The notes beneath the pieces are model-generated. The model worked only from the letters and a program-made list of their open reading frames with translations, searched no databases and had not been told where the DNA came from. Both the position numbers and the translations under genes were made by a program. A stretch of 64,000 bases of DNA from Candidatus Methanosuratincola verstraetei (GTDB lineage Archaea > Thermoproteota > Methanomethylicia > Methanomethylicales > Methanomethylicaceae). This document shows positions 27,676 to 37,574 of the stretch, piece by piece (the first letter of the stretch is position 1; each line of letters opens with the position of its first letter). The stretch is taken from assembly GCA_049570475.1 (NCBI GenBank), contig CP186953.1:1088001-1152000 (forward strand), written 5' to 3'.

Positions 27676-29359
27676 GATATACCGAAACCTCGATCCCTGG
27701 ATGTCGCTCTCTGAGTTCGAGCAGGTCCATGAAGATCTTCCAGGACCGGGCGCGCTCTGCCTTTTCTTGGGTAAGAGAAGCCTCCTCCTAACCGGCGATC
27801 AGTTCCAGATGATTAAGCGGGTCTGCCAGGATCTCATGCTCAGCATTGGGATCCTCTCGACCAAGGCAAAGGGATGCGCTTTTGCAAGGGAGGTCTGCTC
27901 TTCGCGTAACAGCGAATGGCCCGTGCTGCTTTCGAAAGTCCGTTTGGGGATGCGCATCCACAAAAAGGGGATCAGGTGCAGGCTTTGCGGGGCATGCGGC
28001 GAGCTAGCTGGTTTAAGGTCCCTTATGATCCCAAGGGGCGAGCTCCGCTTTGCCATCCGCCCGCAGGTTGTGCCATCCGGTCTCATCTCCTTTGGGCCTC
28101 CAGCGTACTCGATCCCTCCATATTCCGTTTACATGCTGAGGCGTTCTGGACGCCTTGTATACGTCCCTGTGCTGTGTTCCCTCTCGGTTGAAGAAAGGAT
28201 AGAGTCTTTCAGGCTCATGAGGAAGGTCAGGGTGCATGAGGAGATGCGACTCAAGCCCCCTTTTTCGATAGAGCTAGGGAAGGTCATCGAGGAGAGGAGG
28301 GCAATCCTGAGGGAATTTTCGAGGATGAGTGTGCCTGCCGAGAACTTTGCCCTGTATTCGTCCGTCGGGCTGGAAAACCTCCTCCCCCTCCTCATTGACG
28401 ACAATGTCGGAGAATTCTATGCCGACTCCCCCATGACATTTGCATACATAGACCACAGGGAGTTTGGCAGGTGCGAATCAGCGGTTTGGGTCACTCCAGA
28501 AGTTATCGATCGGCTTTTGGCATTTTCTGCCGCAAGCTCAGGAAGGGCATCTGACTACATGAACCCTTCAATAAAGGCATCGATAAAGACCAGCGAGTTC
28601 CATGCAAGGGTCTCTATCGACGCCCCGCCACTCTCATTTGAGGGGGCTTCGGTCGATGTCCGTAAGTTCTTCAGGAATCCGACCGATTTCAAAATGCTGG
28701 TCAAGAACAAGACAATCCCGCCCGAAGCGGTCTCATACCTGCTCATGAAGCTGAGGGCTGGGAGCAGCTTCAGCATCTATGGTGAGAGCGGCTCTGGCAA
28801 GACGACGCTCGCAATAGCCCTCGACCTCGAGACCCCTCAGCACTGGAGGAAATACTCTGTGGAATCCGACATCGCAGAGAACATAACGCAGCGCCACCTT
28901 GGGAAGCACCAGGTCAGGCTGCTCGCTGCGACAGGGTCTGGAGAGGCCGCAGAGAGGCGCAGATCGGTCCTGGACAGCCTGCTCCACAAATCCCCTGACT
29001 ACGTCTTCTTTGGGGAAGTCCTCTCCGAGTCCGACAGCCGGGCCCTGTTCCAAATTCTGGCATCAGGCATTCGCTGCATACACACAGTGCACGCCCCATC
29101 CGGGGAAGGGCTGCTGAGGAGGTTCGCCTACCAACACCACATACCGCTGATCTCCTTGTCTGACTTGGGGGTGCTGGTGCAGATGCGGAGGTTCGACATC
29201 GAAGGGAACTTTGCCAGAAGGGTTGTAAGGATATCCGAGGTAGTGCACGACGAGCCCCCGGTCGAGATACCGCCGCTCAGGGACCTATTCCTCTGGGATG
29301 CTGCTTCCGGACAGCTAGAGCCCACGCCTGCGTACAGGAAGATCTCGATAGCCGCGTAG
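27656..29359 (+). CDS. Type II/IV secretion (TadA/VirB11/ArlI-like) pilus assembly ATPase
   Basis: VDVRKF, Walker A GESGSGKTT, PDYVFFGEV, His box HTVHA, RRVVRISEV, LF.WD. Confidence 0.88.
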   Translation: MREGSLRIYRNLDPWMSLSEFEQVHEDLPGPGALCLFLGKRSLLLTGDQFQMIKRVCQDLMLSIGILSTKAKGCAFAREVCSSRNSEWPVLLSKVRLGMRIHKKGIRCRLCGACGELAGLRSLMIPRGELRFAIRPQVVPSGLISFGPPAYSIPPYSVYMLRRSGRLVYVPVLCSLSVEERIESFRLMRKVRVHEEMRLKPPFSIELGKVIEERRAILREFSRMSVPAENFALYSSVGLENLLPLLIDDNVGEFYADSPMTFAYIDHREFGRCESAVWVTPEVIDRLLAFSAASSGRASDYMNPSIKASIKTSEFHARVSIDAPPLSFEGASVDVRKFFRNPTDFKMLVKNKTIPPEAVSYLLMKLRAGSSFSIYGESGSGKTTLAIALDLETPQHWRKYSVESDIAENITQRHLGKHQVRLLAATGSGEAAERRRSVLDSLLHKSPDYVFFGEVLSESDSRALFQILASGIRCIHTVHAPSGEGLLRRFAYQHHIPLISLSDLGVLVQMRRFDIEGNFARRVVRISEVVHDEPPVEIPPLRDLFLWDAASGQLEPTPAYRKISIAA

Positions 29360-29374
29360 GGGGATTGATCTGCC

Positions 29375-30169
29375 TTGCCCCTCCTAGAAAAGGACCACAC
29401 GCAAGCCCGAAGCGCATCGCTCAACGCCTTCTGCCGAAGGTCAATCCTGCCGTCCCGCTCATTGGCGCGGCTCTCCACCGTACTGGGCTACGACGCAATC
29501 GAAGTGCATGGGGTCGCAGGCAGGGGCCTCCTTGTTGCGGGGCTCAACCTCCTTGCGCTTTCAACTTTGGCCATCCTGATCGCGATCCTCTTTTTTGGCC
29601 TTCCCCTGCACTCGGCTCTGGCAGTGCCGGTTGCGGCAGCTCTCCTTGCCGTCCTTCCGTGGATCACTGACGCGGGATCCGGGATAAGGGATCTCTTCGA
29701 TGCTGCCCACTCATTCGAGATCTTTGCTACTGTGCTCCTCGCCACTGGGAATCTTGCTCTTGCCGCTAGCAAGGCCGCAGAAGTGCCAGGAAGCGCTTCT
29801 GGAAACTTCAGTAAAGCGGTCATGTCGATGAGGGACGGCGTTAGGCCTGAGAAGGCGATACTCCAGTCCTTCAGCGGCAAAGACATCTGTTCAGATTGGG
29901 TAAAGTCTGCGGTCAATGGCAGGGAAGGAGAGATCTCGCCTGTGATTTCGAATTGGTACAATGAATTGCACGGCAGGATCCTAAAGGCAGAGGACATGCT
30001 TTCCTTGCTTATCGCTCTCTCGACCATCCTGCCCATAGGGTTGTCAATGGTCATGGCTGTCTGGGGGCTTGCGTCCACGCCATTGTCTCCCCTACTCATC
30101 CTGGCGTTCTCCGCTGCGCTAACGGCGATATTCCGATGGTTCAAGGGGCTCGAGGCGATCCTTTCATGA
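29375..30169 (+). CDS. TadB/TadC (ArlJ-like) membrane platform protein
   Basis: TM pairs flanking a cytoplasmic helical domain (LATGNL..A, MRDG..PE.AI), directly after the ATPase. Confidence 0.65.
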   Translation: MPLLEKDHTQARSASLNAFCRRSILPSRSLARLSTVLGYDAIEVHGVAGRGLLVAGLNLLALSTLAILIAILFFGLPLHSALAVPVAAALLAVLPWITDAGSGIRDLFDAAHSFEIFATVLLATGNLALAASKAAEVPGSASGNFSKAVMSMRDGVRPEKAILQSFSGKDICSDWVKSAVNGREGEISPVISNWYNELHGRILKAEDMLSLLIALSTILPIGLSMVMAVWGLASTPLSPLLILAFSAALTAIFRWFKGLEAILS

Positions 30170-30957
30170 GGCGCGCGTTCCCAAGCCCTCTGGCAATCTT
30201 GGTCTCAATCCTTGTCACCGTGCCCCTCGCCTCCGTCCGAGGCATTTCGTGGGTGCTTGTTCTGCCGCCTCTGCTACTCGTGCTCGACAGGCTGATGAAA
30301 ATCCGCGGGGTCTCCAAGAGTGGCGGATCTGACAGTACTGCCCCTTTCCTGCTTGCATTCTCGAGGCTCTTGGGCTCGACCTCACCAGGGGAAGCCCTCG
30401 TCAGGGCATTCAGCACCTCTGTGCCAGATGAGCGGCTTTTAAAGCCTCTGCTAGAGCTCAGGGAGGGCGTTGCCGCCGCATCCGTGGTGCGCAGATTCTC
30501 CAAGCAGATGCATTTTGAGAGCCAGACTTTCGAGGCCATCGCGGCACTGCTCGGGTTTGACAGAGCCTCGTCATCTGAGCGGCTCAGGTCCTTGGTTAAA
30601 TTGAGGGAGGATCGAAGGAAGGTAAGGCAAGACCTCGAGGTGCGGCTGAGGGCAATTTCGATGCGATTTAAGATGCTCTCAATGATTTCCTCGGCCTCCT
30701 TGGCAGTAACCGCCTTCGCCTCCCCGATACTGGGATCCTTCTTCTCCGAACAGCGGCTGGGCGCGGCAATGGGCAGGCCCATGATCAGTTTTGATTTTCC
30801 AGCATTTTCTGTTTTCTATTCGATAGCGCTACTGTCGTCGTACCTCCCCACCAAAGCCCTCCCCCACGTCGGCTGGTTAGGGTCTGCTCTCCGCGCATCG
30901 GCCGCCTACTTCGTGACTTACCTTGCCCTGGTGGTTGCCGTGGGCATTGCTTTTTAA
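30166..30957 (+). CDS. Second TadB/TadC-like membrane platform protein
   Basis: Same topology; ATGA overlap with the previous gene. Confidence 0.65.
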   Translation: MRRAFPSPLAILVSILVTVPLASVRGISWVLVLPPLLLVLDRLMKIRGVSKSGGSDSTAPFLLAFSRLLGSTSPGEALVRAFSTSVPDERLLKPLLELREGVAAASVVRRFSKQMHFESQTFEAIAALLGFDRASSSERLRSLVKLREDRRKVRQDLEVRLRAISMRFKMLSMISSASLAVTAFASPILGSFFSEQRLGAAMGRPMISFDFPAFSVFYSIALLSSYLPTKALPHVGWLGSALRASAAYFVTYLALVVAVGIAF

Positions 30958-30984
30958 AGCCGCAAGATCTATGGGGGAAAATTT

Positions 30985-31203
30985 TTGCGAAGGCGTTTTT
31001 CGAGAAGGGGTTCGCCCTTGGTCGAAGAGGGGTTGCTGCTTGGCCTATCTATAGTGACGCTGACAGTAGTCATGTCAATCATTGTCGGTCTGCTTTCAGG
31101 AGTCCAGAACACATTCAACCTCTCTCTCTTCAATGGGAACGAATTTATCGAGAACCTGCGGAATTCCTTGAACCAAGTCCTTTCATTCTTCAGGATTGGC
31201 TGA
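30985..31203 (+). CDS. Small (Flp-like) major pilin candidate
   Basis: MRRRFSRRG|SPLVEEGLLLGLSIV: basic leader, Gly at -1, Glu at +5, hydrophobic helix. Confidence 0.75.
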   Translation: MRRRFSRRGSPLVEEGLLLGLSIVTLTVVMSIIVGLLSGVQNTFNLSLFNGNEFIENLRNSLNQVLSFFRIG

Positions 31204-31206
31204 GAA

Positions 31207-33021
31207 ATGCCCATAATACCCTCATTTTTTCTCGCAATAATCAGCTTCCTGTTCCTGAAAGACTATTTGTCGATCCCGTTGGCTGCAGCTTTTTCGATTT
31301 CAATCCCTATTCTCTCCGCGATCGTACCTAAATTGGTGGAGCGCAGCCCGTACAGCGGGGCAGCGCTCAGGCTAGGGCAATCGCCGCCCATCCTCGAGTT
31401 TGGAGGCAAGCGGTATTCGGCTGTCGCCCTTTCGATAAGCACCTCCCAAGACAATTCTTTTGACCGGTTCGAGAAAGAGCTGGCATACGAGCGCCTATGC
31501 AGGTTTACCGAGGCTATGGGATCATTCGGGATGCCGACCGCCTACATAATGTACTCTCTACCGGGATCCTCCCCATTCCGAGAATCGCCAAGCGGGAGCC
31601 AGGCCCTGCTCATTGCATGGTTCTGCTCTGACGACAGGATTGCCCTCTCCGAGAGGGCAGAGATGGCCTTGAGGCAGCTGGAGAGCCTGGTCAGCCTGGT
31701 GTTCCCGGGAGCGCAGACAAGGCGACTGGACGAGAAAGATTTATCGTTGATCCTCTCTTCACCTTTGCCCTACTCGCTGGGGGAGATCGGCGGCATTGCA
31801 AAGCCGCCATCTGGGGAGGCCATCTCAGCCGTCCCGCCCCCGCCAGATCGCCAAGAGCCATCTTCCTTGGTGCCCGCCGTGCAGCCGCCAATAACCAGCG
31901 GGGGGCCTTTGATAGGATTTGTCTATTCAAGGGGCAAGGAAGTGGCTCCCCTCTGCATCCCGCTCACCGACATCAGGCGCCACGTCTCGATATTTGGGGC
32001 TACAGGCAGCGGCAAATCCACAACTGCAATGAGCCTGGCCCTCCGGCTCTACTCTTTGGGATGCTCAGTCCTCATCTTGGACTGGCACGGCGAGCACTCC
32101 CTGGCAGTCGAGGACGCTGGCGGGAGGGTGCTGAAGCCAGGCACCCAAGGCGGGCTCACCATAAACCCGCTGTCAGGGTTCAGCGGCAAAGACCTCGGTT
32201 TCCAAGTTGAGTTCATCACTGACATCTTTGCCCAAGTCTTCCGCTTTACCCCTCCGCAGTCCTATATGTTCAGGGAAGCGCTCAAGGCGGCATTCAGGTC
32301 CAAAATCACCCCGACCGTCTCTGACTTGATAGCTGAGCTGAGCCTGCTGCCCATGCGATCCAGCTGGGATCACGAGACGAGGATGGCGCTTATGAGGCGT
32401 CTCAAGTCGTTCACAGAGGGGGCATGCGGATTTGCCTTGTCCGGTAACGATTCAATCCCGAGGGATGAGATTTTCCAGGGTCTGGTCTCCATTGATCTGA
32501 CAAACCTCAAGGACGTCAACAACAGGACGATCTATGCGAACATCCTGATGAAGATGGTCTACGACTACTGCGTCCAGAGGGGAGGGAGCTCAGTTCTGAC
32601 CCACGTCCTCTTCATCGAGGAGGCCCAGAATGTCTTCCCCCCCAGGCGCCCCGAAGACCCGATGACGATAGGCGAGAGGATACTCGCCGAGCTCAGAAAA
32701 TTTGGGGAGGGGGTCGTCGTCATATCCCAGTTCCCCTCGTCTGTGTCCCAGGATGTAGTCAAGAACACTGCCGTGAGGGTTATACATGCAATAAGATCAG
32801 GGGAAGACCTGCAGCTGATAGCGGCATCTACTTCGATGGACGAGAGGCAAGTGGGCGCAATACCCCTCCTCTCGGTCGGCGAAGCAATAGTGAGCCTTCC
32901 GAGCAAGTCTGGAAACTTCTTCGTCAAGGTGTCTGCCGATCCGCTGCTCTCTGCATCTCGGTCGATCAGCGAAGGAAATCGTGGAGAGCCCCTTCCTTCT
33001 GGAGCCGTTCAACCCAATTGA
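31207..33021 (+). CDS. Membrane-anchored HerA/VirB4-like ATPase (DUF87)
   Basis: N-terminal TMs, RHVSIFGATGSGKST, LDWHGE, Walker B LFIEEAQ, ELRKFG, ISQ.PS. Confidence 0.88.
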   Translation: MPIIPSFFLAIISFLFLKDYLSIPLAAAFSISIPILSAIVPKLVERSPYSGAALRLGQSPPILEFGGKRYSAVALSISTSQDNSFDRFEKELAYERLCRFTEAMGSFGMPTAYIMYSLPGSSPFRESPSGSQALLIAWFCSDDRIALSERAEMALRQLESLVSLVFPGAQTRRLDEKDLSLILSSPLPYSLGEIGGIAKPPSGEAISAVPPPPDRQEPSSLVPAVQPPITSGGPLIGFVYSRGKEVAPLCIPLTDIRRHVSIFGATGSGKSTTAMSLALRLYSLGCSVLILDWHGEHSLAVEDAGGRVLKPGTQGGLTINPLSGFSGKDLGFQVEFITDIFAQVFRFTPPQSYMFREALKAAFRSKITPTVSDLIAELSLLPMRSSWDHETRMALMRRLKSFTEGACGFALSGNDSIPRDEIFQGLVSIDLTNLKDVNNRTIYANILMKMVYDYCVQRGGSSVLTHVLFIEEAQNVFPPRRPEDPMTIGERILAELRKFGEGVVVISQFPSSVSQDVVKNTAVRVIHAIRSGEDLQLIAASTSMDERQVGAIPLLSVGEAIVSLPSKSGNFFVKVSADPLLSASRSISEGNRGEPLPSGAVQPN

Positions 33022-33538
33022 CGCTCCCTGGGGGCAGTCCCCGGCCGTTTATCGCTTCCCTGACGCTCGCAACTAGCCGCTGGAAGTCAAGTCCTGTGGC
33101 GTCGACCTCCAGGACCGCCTCCTCACCAAATGCCTCGACTGCGTTGACTAGGCAGGAGTCGAGGATTTCTGCCTGGAGATTTTCATCGACCTTTGAGGGG
33201 GGGTATCCCCTCTCTACAAGCCTTAGCCTCAATATCCTTGGATCGAGCCTTATCACAACCGCTCTCTCCACATACCTGGGGGGGACAACCTCTCCATAAT
33301 GCCCCTCTACAATGAACTTTGGGCCGTCTGCCTTCAGCGCCTTGGCGATCTCCCTCTTCAGCTTGGCCTCGTCAATTATCGCTGCCCCCCTCTCAGGATC
33401 TTCGCCTGAGAGCGCCCCAGCCTCCTTGGCAAGCGAGTTCAGCTCGATTAGCCTATACCCGTCTGCCCTTGCCAACTCTCTTGCTACTGTTGTCTTCCCA
33501 ACTCCGGGGGTGCCTGTAATGACTATTGTGTTCTTCAT
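32966..33538 (-). CDS. Adenylate kinase, Fap7/hCINAP/AK6 type
   Basis: ITGTPGVGKTT, IVEGH, RL..RGY...KV.EN..AE. Confidence 0.9.
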   Translation of the reverse strand: MKNTIVITGTPGVGKTTVARELARADGYRLIELNSLAKEAGALSGEDPERGAAIIDEAKLKREIAKALKADGPKFIVEGHYGEVVPPRYVERAVVIRLDPRILRLRLVERGYPPSKVDENLQAEILDSCLVNAVEAFGEEAVLEVDATGLDFQRLVASVREAINGRGLPPGSVNWVERLQKEGALHDFLR

Positions 33539-33688
33539 CGCGGGTGGCCCTGTTGGTCTAAATGAAACAGGAATTAAAACATTGCTTGGCGCAGTCCCAT
33601 CGCTGAAAAAAAGCCCGAATAGATGCATGCTGTTAAAAAACAAAAATTGGGTTTGAAAAAGCAAAAAATGTTGGGCGTTTTAGCCCTT

Positions 33689-35329
33689 TCAGTCCTCTCC
33701 GGCTCCGCCTTCGCTCGGCTTCTCTGGTGCCTTGGGGCCGCTGCCCTTCGAGGAAGCTATGACGTCGTCGATCCTCAGTATCATCGCGGCTGCCTCGGCA
33801 GCGGACTTGATTGCCTGGACCTTCACAGCCAGGGGCTCCACTACCCCTAGCTTGAGCATGTCGCCCGTCTTGCCCTCCTTGACATTCACCCCGGCCCAGA
33901 TCTCGCCCTTGTCGTGGAGCGCCCTCAGCTCTACGAGGACATCGATCGGGTCCATGCCGCCGTTCTCGGCCAACGTTCTCGGTATCGCCTCAAGGCTGTC
34001 CGCAAATGCTTCGATGGCTAGCTGCTCCCTGCCTCCGATGCTTGCTGCAAAGTCCCTAAGCTGCTTCGCTGCCTCGAGCTCAGGTGCGCCTCCGCCGGCG
34101 ACAATCCTGCCGTCCTCGATCACGTCGGCAACTACGCAGAGCGCATCGTGGAATGTCCTCTCAGCCTCGTCGACGACCCTCATCAGCCCTCCCCTGAGCA
34201 GGACGCTGACTGCCTTGGGGTTCTTGCACCCTTCGATGAAGGTCAGCTTGTCCTCGCCGAACTTCTTCTCCTGCACGATCTTGGCCTCTCCCAGATCGGC
34301 TGGGGTGAGGTCGTCCAGGTTCGTGATGATCCTGGCGCCAGTCGCCTTTGCAACCTTCTCGATGTCAGACTTCTTGACGCGCCTCAGTCCAAGGATCCCT
34401 TCCTTTGCGAGGTAGTGCTGGGCTATGTCGTCGACGCCTTTCTGGCAGAGGACTACGTTCGCTCCCGCGGACTTGATCTTGGCAACCATGTTCTTCAGGA
34501 GCTTCTCCTCCTCTTCGATGAAGCTCTTCATCTGAGTCGGGTCAGTGATCCTGATCTCTGCGTCGAACTCGGTCTTCTCGATCTCGAGAGGCGTGTCCAG
34601 CAGGGCTATCTTGGCATTCTCAACCACCTTCGGCATCCCTGGGTGGACCACTTCCTTGTCCACTATCACGCCATAGACGAGCTGGCTGTCCGCGATGCTT
34701 CCGCCCTGTTTCTTGACTATCTGGATGTAGTCTAGGTCTGCGATGTACTTGTCGCCGCGCCTCTCCGCGATTGCCTTAACGGCTTTCATTGCCATGTCTG
34801 CAAAGTAGTCCTGGTTCCCGACAGAGGCCTTGCTGTTCATCGCGGTGTAGGCAATCATCTTAAGGTTCTTCTCGTCATCAAAGCCCACCGGTATCGCTAT
34901 CTTCGATAGCACCTCTACTGCCTTCTCTGCCGCCTTCTTGTAACCTTGGACGATGAGGGTCGGGTGTATGTTCTTGTCTATCAGGTCCTCTGCCTTCTTC
35001 AGCAGCTCTCCGGTGATCACCACCGAGGAGGTCGTCCCGTCCCCGACCTCGTCATCTTGGGTCTTCGAGATCTCTACCATCATCTTGGCAGCAGGGTGCT
35101 GTACCTCGATCTCCCCTAGGATCGTTGCACCGTCGTTAGTGACAGTTACGTCGCCAAGGGTGTCAACAAGCATCTTGTCCATCCCCTTGGGACCCAAAGT
35201 CGTCCTGACAGCCTCAGCTATGGCCCTGGCTGCCATCATGTTTATCTTCTGTGCCTCTCTTCCTTGTGTTCTCTGGGTTCCTTCCTTCAAAATTAAGACT
35301 GGAACTCCACCGAGTTGAGCGGTTGACAT
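33689..35329 (-). CDS. ths: Thermosome subunit (group II chaperonin)
   Basis: [31 protein letters not shown]. Confidence 0.97.
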   Translation of the reverse strand: MSTAQLGGVPVLILKEGTQRTQGREAQKINMMAARAIAEAVRTTLGPKGMDKMLVDTLGDVTVTNDGATILGEIEVQHPAAKMMVEISKTQDDEVGDGTTSSVVITGELLKKAEDLIDKNIHPTLIVQGYKKAAEKAVEVLSKIAIPVGFDDEKNLKMIAYTAMNSKASVGNQDYFADMAMKAVKAIAERRGDKYIADLDYIQIVKKQGGSIADSQLVYGVIVDKEVVHPGMPKVVENAKIALLDTPLEIEKTEFDAEIRITDPTQMKSFIEEEEKLLKNMVAKIKSAGANVVLCQKGVDDIAQHYLAKEGILGLRRVKKSDIEKVAKATGARIITNLDDLTPADLGEAKIVQEKKFGEDKLTFIEGCKNPKAVSVLLRGGLMRVVDEAERTFHDALCVVADVIEDGRIVAGGGAPELEAAKQLRDFAASIGGREQLAIEAFADSLEAIPRTLAENGGMDPIDVLVELRALHDKGEIWAGVNVKEGKTGDMLKLGVVEPLAVKVQAIKSAAEAAAMILRIDDVIASSKGSGPKAPEKPSEGGAGED

Positions 35330-35441
35330 AGAATCCACCTCAAACAAATTGCATGAAGAAAGACTTTTACACTTCTATATATAGATTTCTGTCTGGGGTA
35401 GGACTCTGGTCGGAGCGTATGGGCGCGAAACTGCCCGAAAA

Positions 35442-35672
35442 TCAGATCCCTAGCTTAGTCATTGCCAGCAGCTTCCTGCTGGCCATCTTGATGTCATCAG
35501 AGTTCACAGTCTTCCTGCCTGCATGCTTGGCCAGCGCCACGGCGTCCCTGGCGATCTCGAGCGCAAGCGTCTCTAGCACTTCCCTCAGCGCTTCCGAGGC
35601 TTCGTCGCTGACCCTCTCTGCACCTGCCTTCCTCATCAGCCGGTCTATCGCGGAAATAGCCAAGTCCGTCAT
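35442..35672 (-). CDS. Archaeal histone (HMf-like)
   Basis: RLMRKAGAERVS, AKHAGRKTV..DDI. Confidence 0.93.
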   Translation of the reverse strand: MTDLAISAIDRLMRKAGAERVSDEASEALREVLETLALEIARDAVALAKHAGRKTVNSDDIKMASRKLLAMTKLGI

Positions 35673-35802
35673 AGTTATCCTAATAGGGTATGTCTGGGGC
35701 GTTTAAAATATTTCCCCTACAAAGGGCTCGAGACGCATTTCCGGATATCACAAATTATAAATTATGGTTCTAATATCGGGTTGATAGCCTGTGGTGACTG
35801 GT

Positions 35803-36228
35803 TTGGGAAAGGTTCGGATAGGGAAGGTAAAGAGCATCTCAAATGAGCTTGTCCTCAAGTTCGGTGGCGTTTTCACTACTAATTTTGAAGAGAACAAAAA
35901 GCTGGTTCAGCAGTATACCGACATCACCAGCAAGAGATTGAAGAACAGGGTCGCGGGCTACATTACCCGCCTCAAGGTGAATGAGAAGAAACGGGAAGAG
36001 GCTGAGGCTGCAGAGGCTGAGAAGGTGGCTGAGTCTGAGCCGAAGCAGACCCTGGACATTGAAGGGGAACCGAAGGCACTTGAGGAGACGGCGGAGGGGC
36101 CCGAATCACAGGAGCCTGAGGCCGGCGGCGGGTCCGGCGAGCCTACTGATAAGACCACCACCGAGGCCGCTCCTGCAGAGGGCGAGAATGCCGAAACCAG
36201 CACCGATGTGAAGGGCGCCGCCCAATAA
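35803..36228 (+). CDS. rps17e: 30S ribosomal protein S17e with long acidic C-terminal extension
   Basis: MGKVR, FTTNFEENK, SKRLKNRVAGYITR. Confidence 0.93.
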   Translation: MGKVRIGKVKSISNELVLKFGGVFTTNFEENKKLVQQYTDITSKRLKNRVAGYITRLKVNEKKREEAEAAEAEKVAESEPKQTLDIEGEPKALEETAEGPESQEPEAGGGSGEPTDKTTTEAAPAEGENAETSTDVKGAAQ

Positions 36229-36362
36229 ACCTTCATTCTTTCTTGTCCTGAAAAAAGCCAGGGCTGGCATGCGAGCAGCGCAATGCCGCCCTATATAACC
36301 ATGCCCCCCTCAATTCGATCATGAATGGGGATGCGGATATTATATTAGTAAATCAAGCATAG

Positions 36363-36435
36363 ATCAGATCGGAATGAAGTGGTTGACCTGCACTGAGTCA
36401 GTCGATGAAGAGTAGCACCTCCACTGACCTTTGAT
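36363..36435 (+). ncRNA. Candidate box C/D guide sRNA
   Basis: Box C-like ATGAAGT 36374-80, D' CTGA 36393-96, C'-like CGATGA 36403-08, D CTGA 36424-27, terminal stem ATCAGA/TTTGAT, AT-rich promoter-like sequence at about 36338-36352. Confidence 0.7.
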
Positions 36436-36455
36436 GACCACCGGGGTAAGGTATA

Positions 36456-37280
36456 TTGAGCTCCCGCCTTCCGACCATATCCTCAGTGGCAATCGATGAT
36501 CTCCGCCCCCACGAAGAGTATGACAGGCAGATCCTTTACGAGATCGCCCTCTCCCTGCAGACCGAGCGGGTGGTCAGGGATCCGATCATCGTGGACGCCT
36601 CTAGCCTCATGATACTAGACGGGACCCACCGGTACTGGGCGCTGCGCCGGATGGGCTGCCTCTCAGCCCCAGTGGCGATGTACGACTACGCCTCCAGCTC
36701 CATTGGCGTCTCCCGGTGGGACCGCTGTATAGCCTCGCCGGCAATCTTCCTCCCGAACAGAAAGATCAGGGTCGAGTACTCCAACGAAATGGAGGCCTTG
36801 GCTGCAATAATGGACCGCAAGGCAAGCCTTGCGATCATAGGCTTATCGGGATCGCAGTTATTGGTTGAGGAAGGGTTTGAGATACACCGCGCATATTCCT
36901 TGCTCAGCGAGCTAGAGACCGAGCTCAGGGCCAAAGGGTGCGGAATATCCTATGCGACAGAGGAAGACTCTTTCTTGCGGCTCAAAAAGGGGGAGTTCTC
37001 TTGGGTAATTGTCCCCCCGGCAATAAAGAAGGATGAAGCCCTTGAGGCTGCACTGAGCGGGCGCCTCTTCCCAATAAAGTCAACGAGGCACATAATCCCG
37101 TCACGCCCGATCAACCTTCGCATCCCGATAGGGTGGCTCATGGATCCTCCTGAGACAGTCAATTCAAAGCTCCAAGATCTTTTGTCGCGCCTCTCCTTCA
37201 GGAGGGTAAGAGCGGGCGCAATTTTGGGCGGGCGCCGGTACGAGGAAGAGGTTTATATCGGTGAGCCATCCAACCCATGA
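36456..37280 (+). CDS. ParB/Srx-fold protein, SerK/SbnI-like free serine kinase candidate
   Basis: LRPHE, PIIV, ILDGTHR..AL..G, DY, W, and C-terminal FP.KSTRH..P, as in SerK. Confidence 0.7.
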   Translation: MSSRLPTISSVAIDDLRPHEEYDRQILYEIALSLQTERVVRDPIIVDASSLMILDGTHRYWALRRMGCLSAPVAMYDYASSSIGVSRWDRCIASPAIFLPNRKIRVEYSNEMEALAAIMDRKASLAIIGLSGSQLLVEEGFEIHRAYSLLSELETELRAKGCGISYATEEDSFLRLKKGEFSWVIVPPAIKKDEALEAALSGRLFPIKSTRHIIPSRPINLRIPIGWLMDPPETVNSKLQDLLSRLSFRRVRAGAILGGRRYEEEVYIGEPSNP

Positions 37281-37292
37281 AGGGGATCCTCC

Positions 37293-37574
37293 ATGAAAGT
37301 GAGGGTGAAGTACATGGCTGTGCTGAGGGGTCTGTCTAAGGATCCAGAGAAGGACGTTGACTTCAATGGTAGCACCTTGGCTGAGCTCGTCGACTTCCTT
37401 AGGGGCGCGGAGGCCGAACCGTTAAAGTCCAGGATGTTCGGCGAGGGCGACAAGATGCGTCCTGACATAGTTGTGTTCATCAATGATTCTGACTCGATGC
37501 TGACCGGTGGGATGGCATCCCCGCTGAAGGAGGGGGACGAGATCGTCTTCCTACCATCTGTGCATGGCGGATAG
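37293..37574 (+). CDS. MoaD/ThiS/SAMP ubiquitin-like sulfur carrier
   Basis: Beta-grasp pattern, LKEGDEIVFLPSVHGG with terminal GG. Confidence 0.9.
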   Translation: MKVRVKYMAVLRGLSKDPEKDVDFNGSTLAELVDFLRGAEAEPLKSRMFGEGDKMRPDIVVFINDSDSMLTGGMASPLKEGDEIVFLPSVHGG

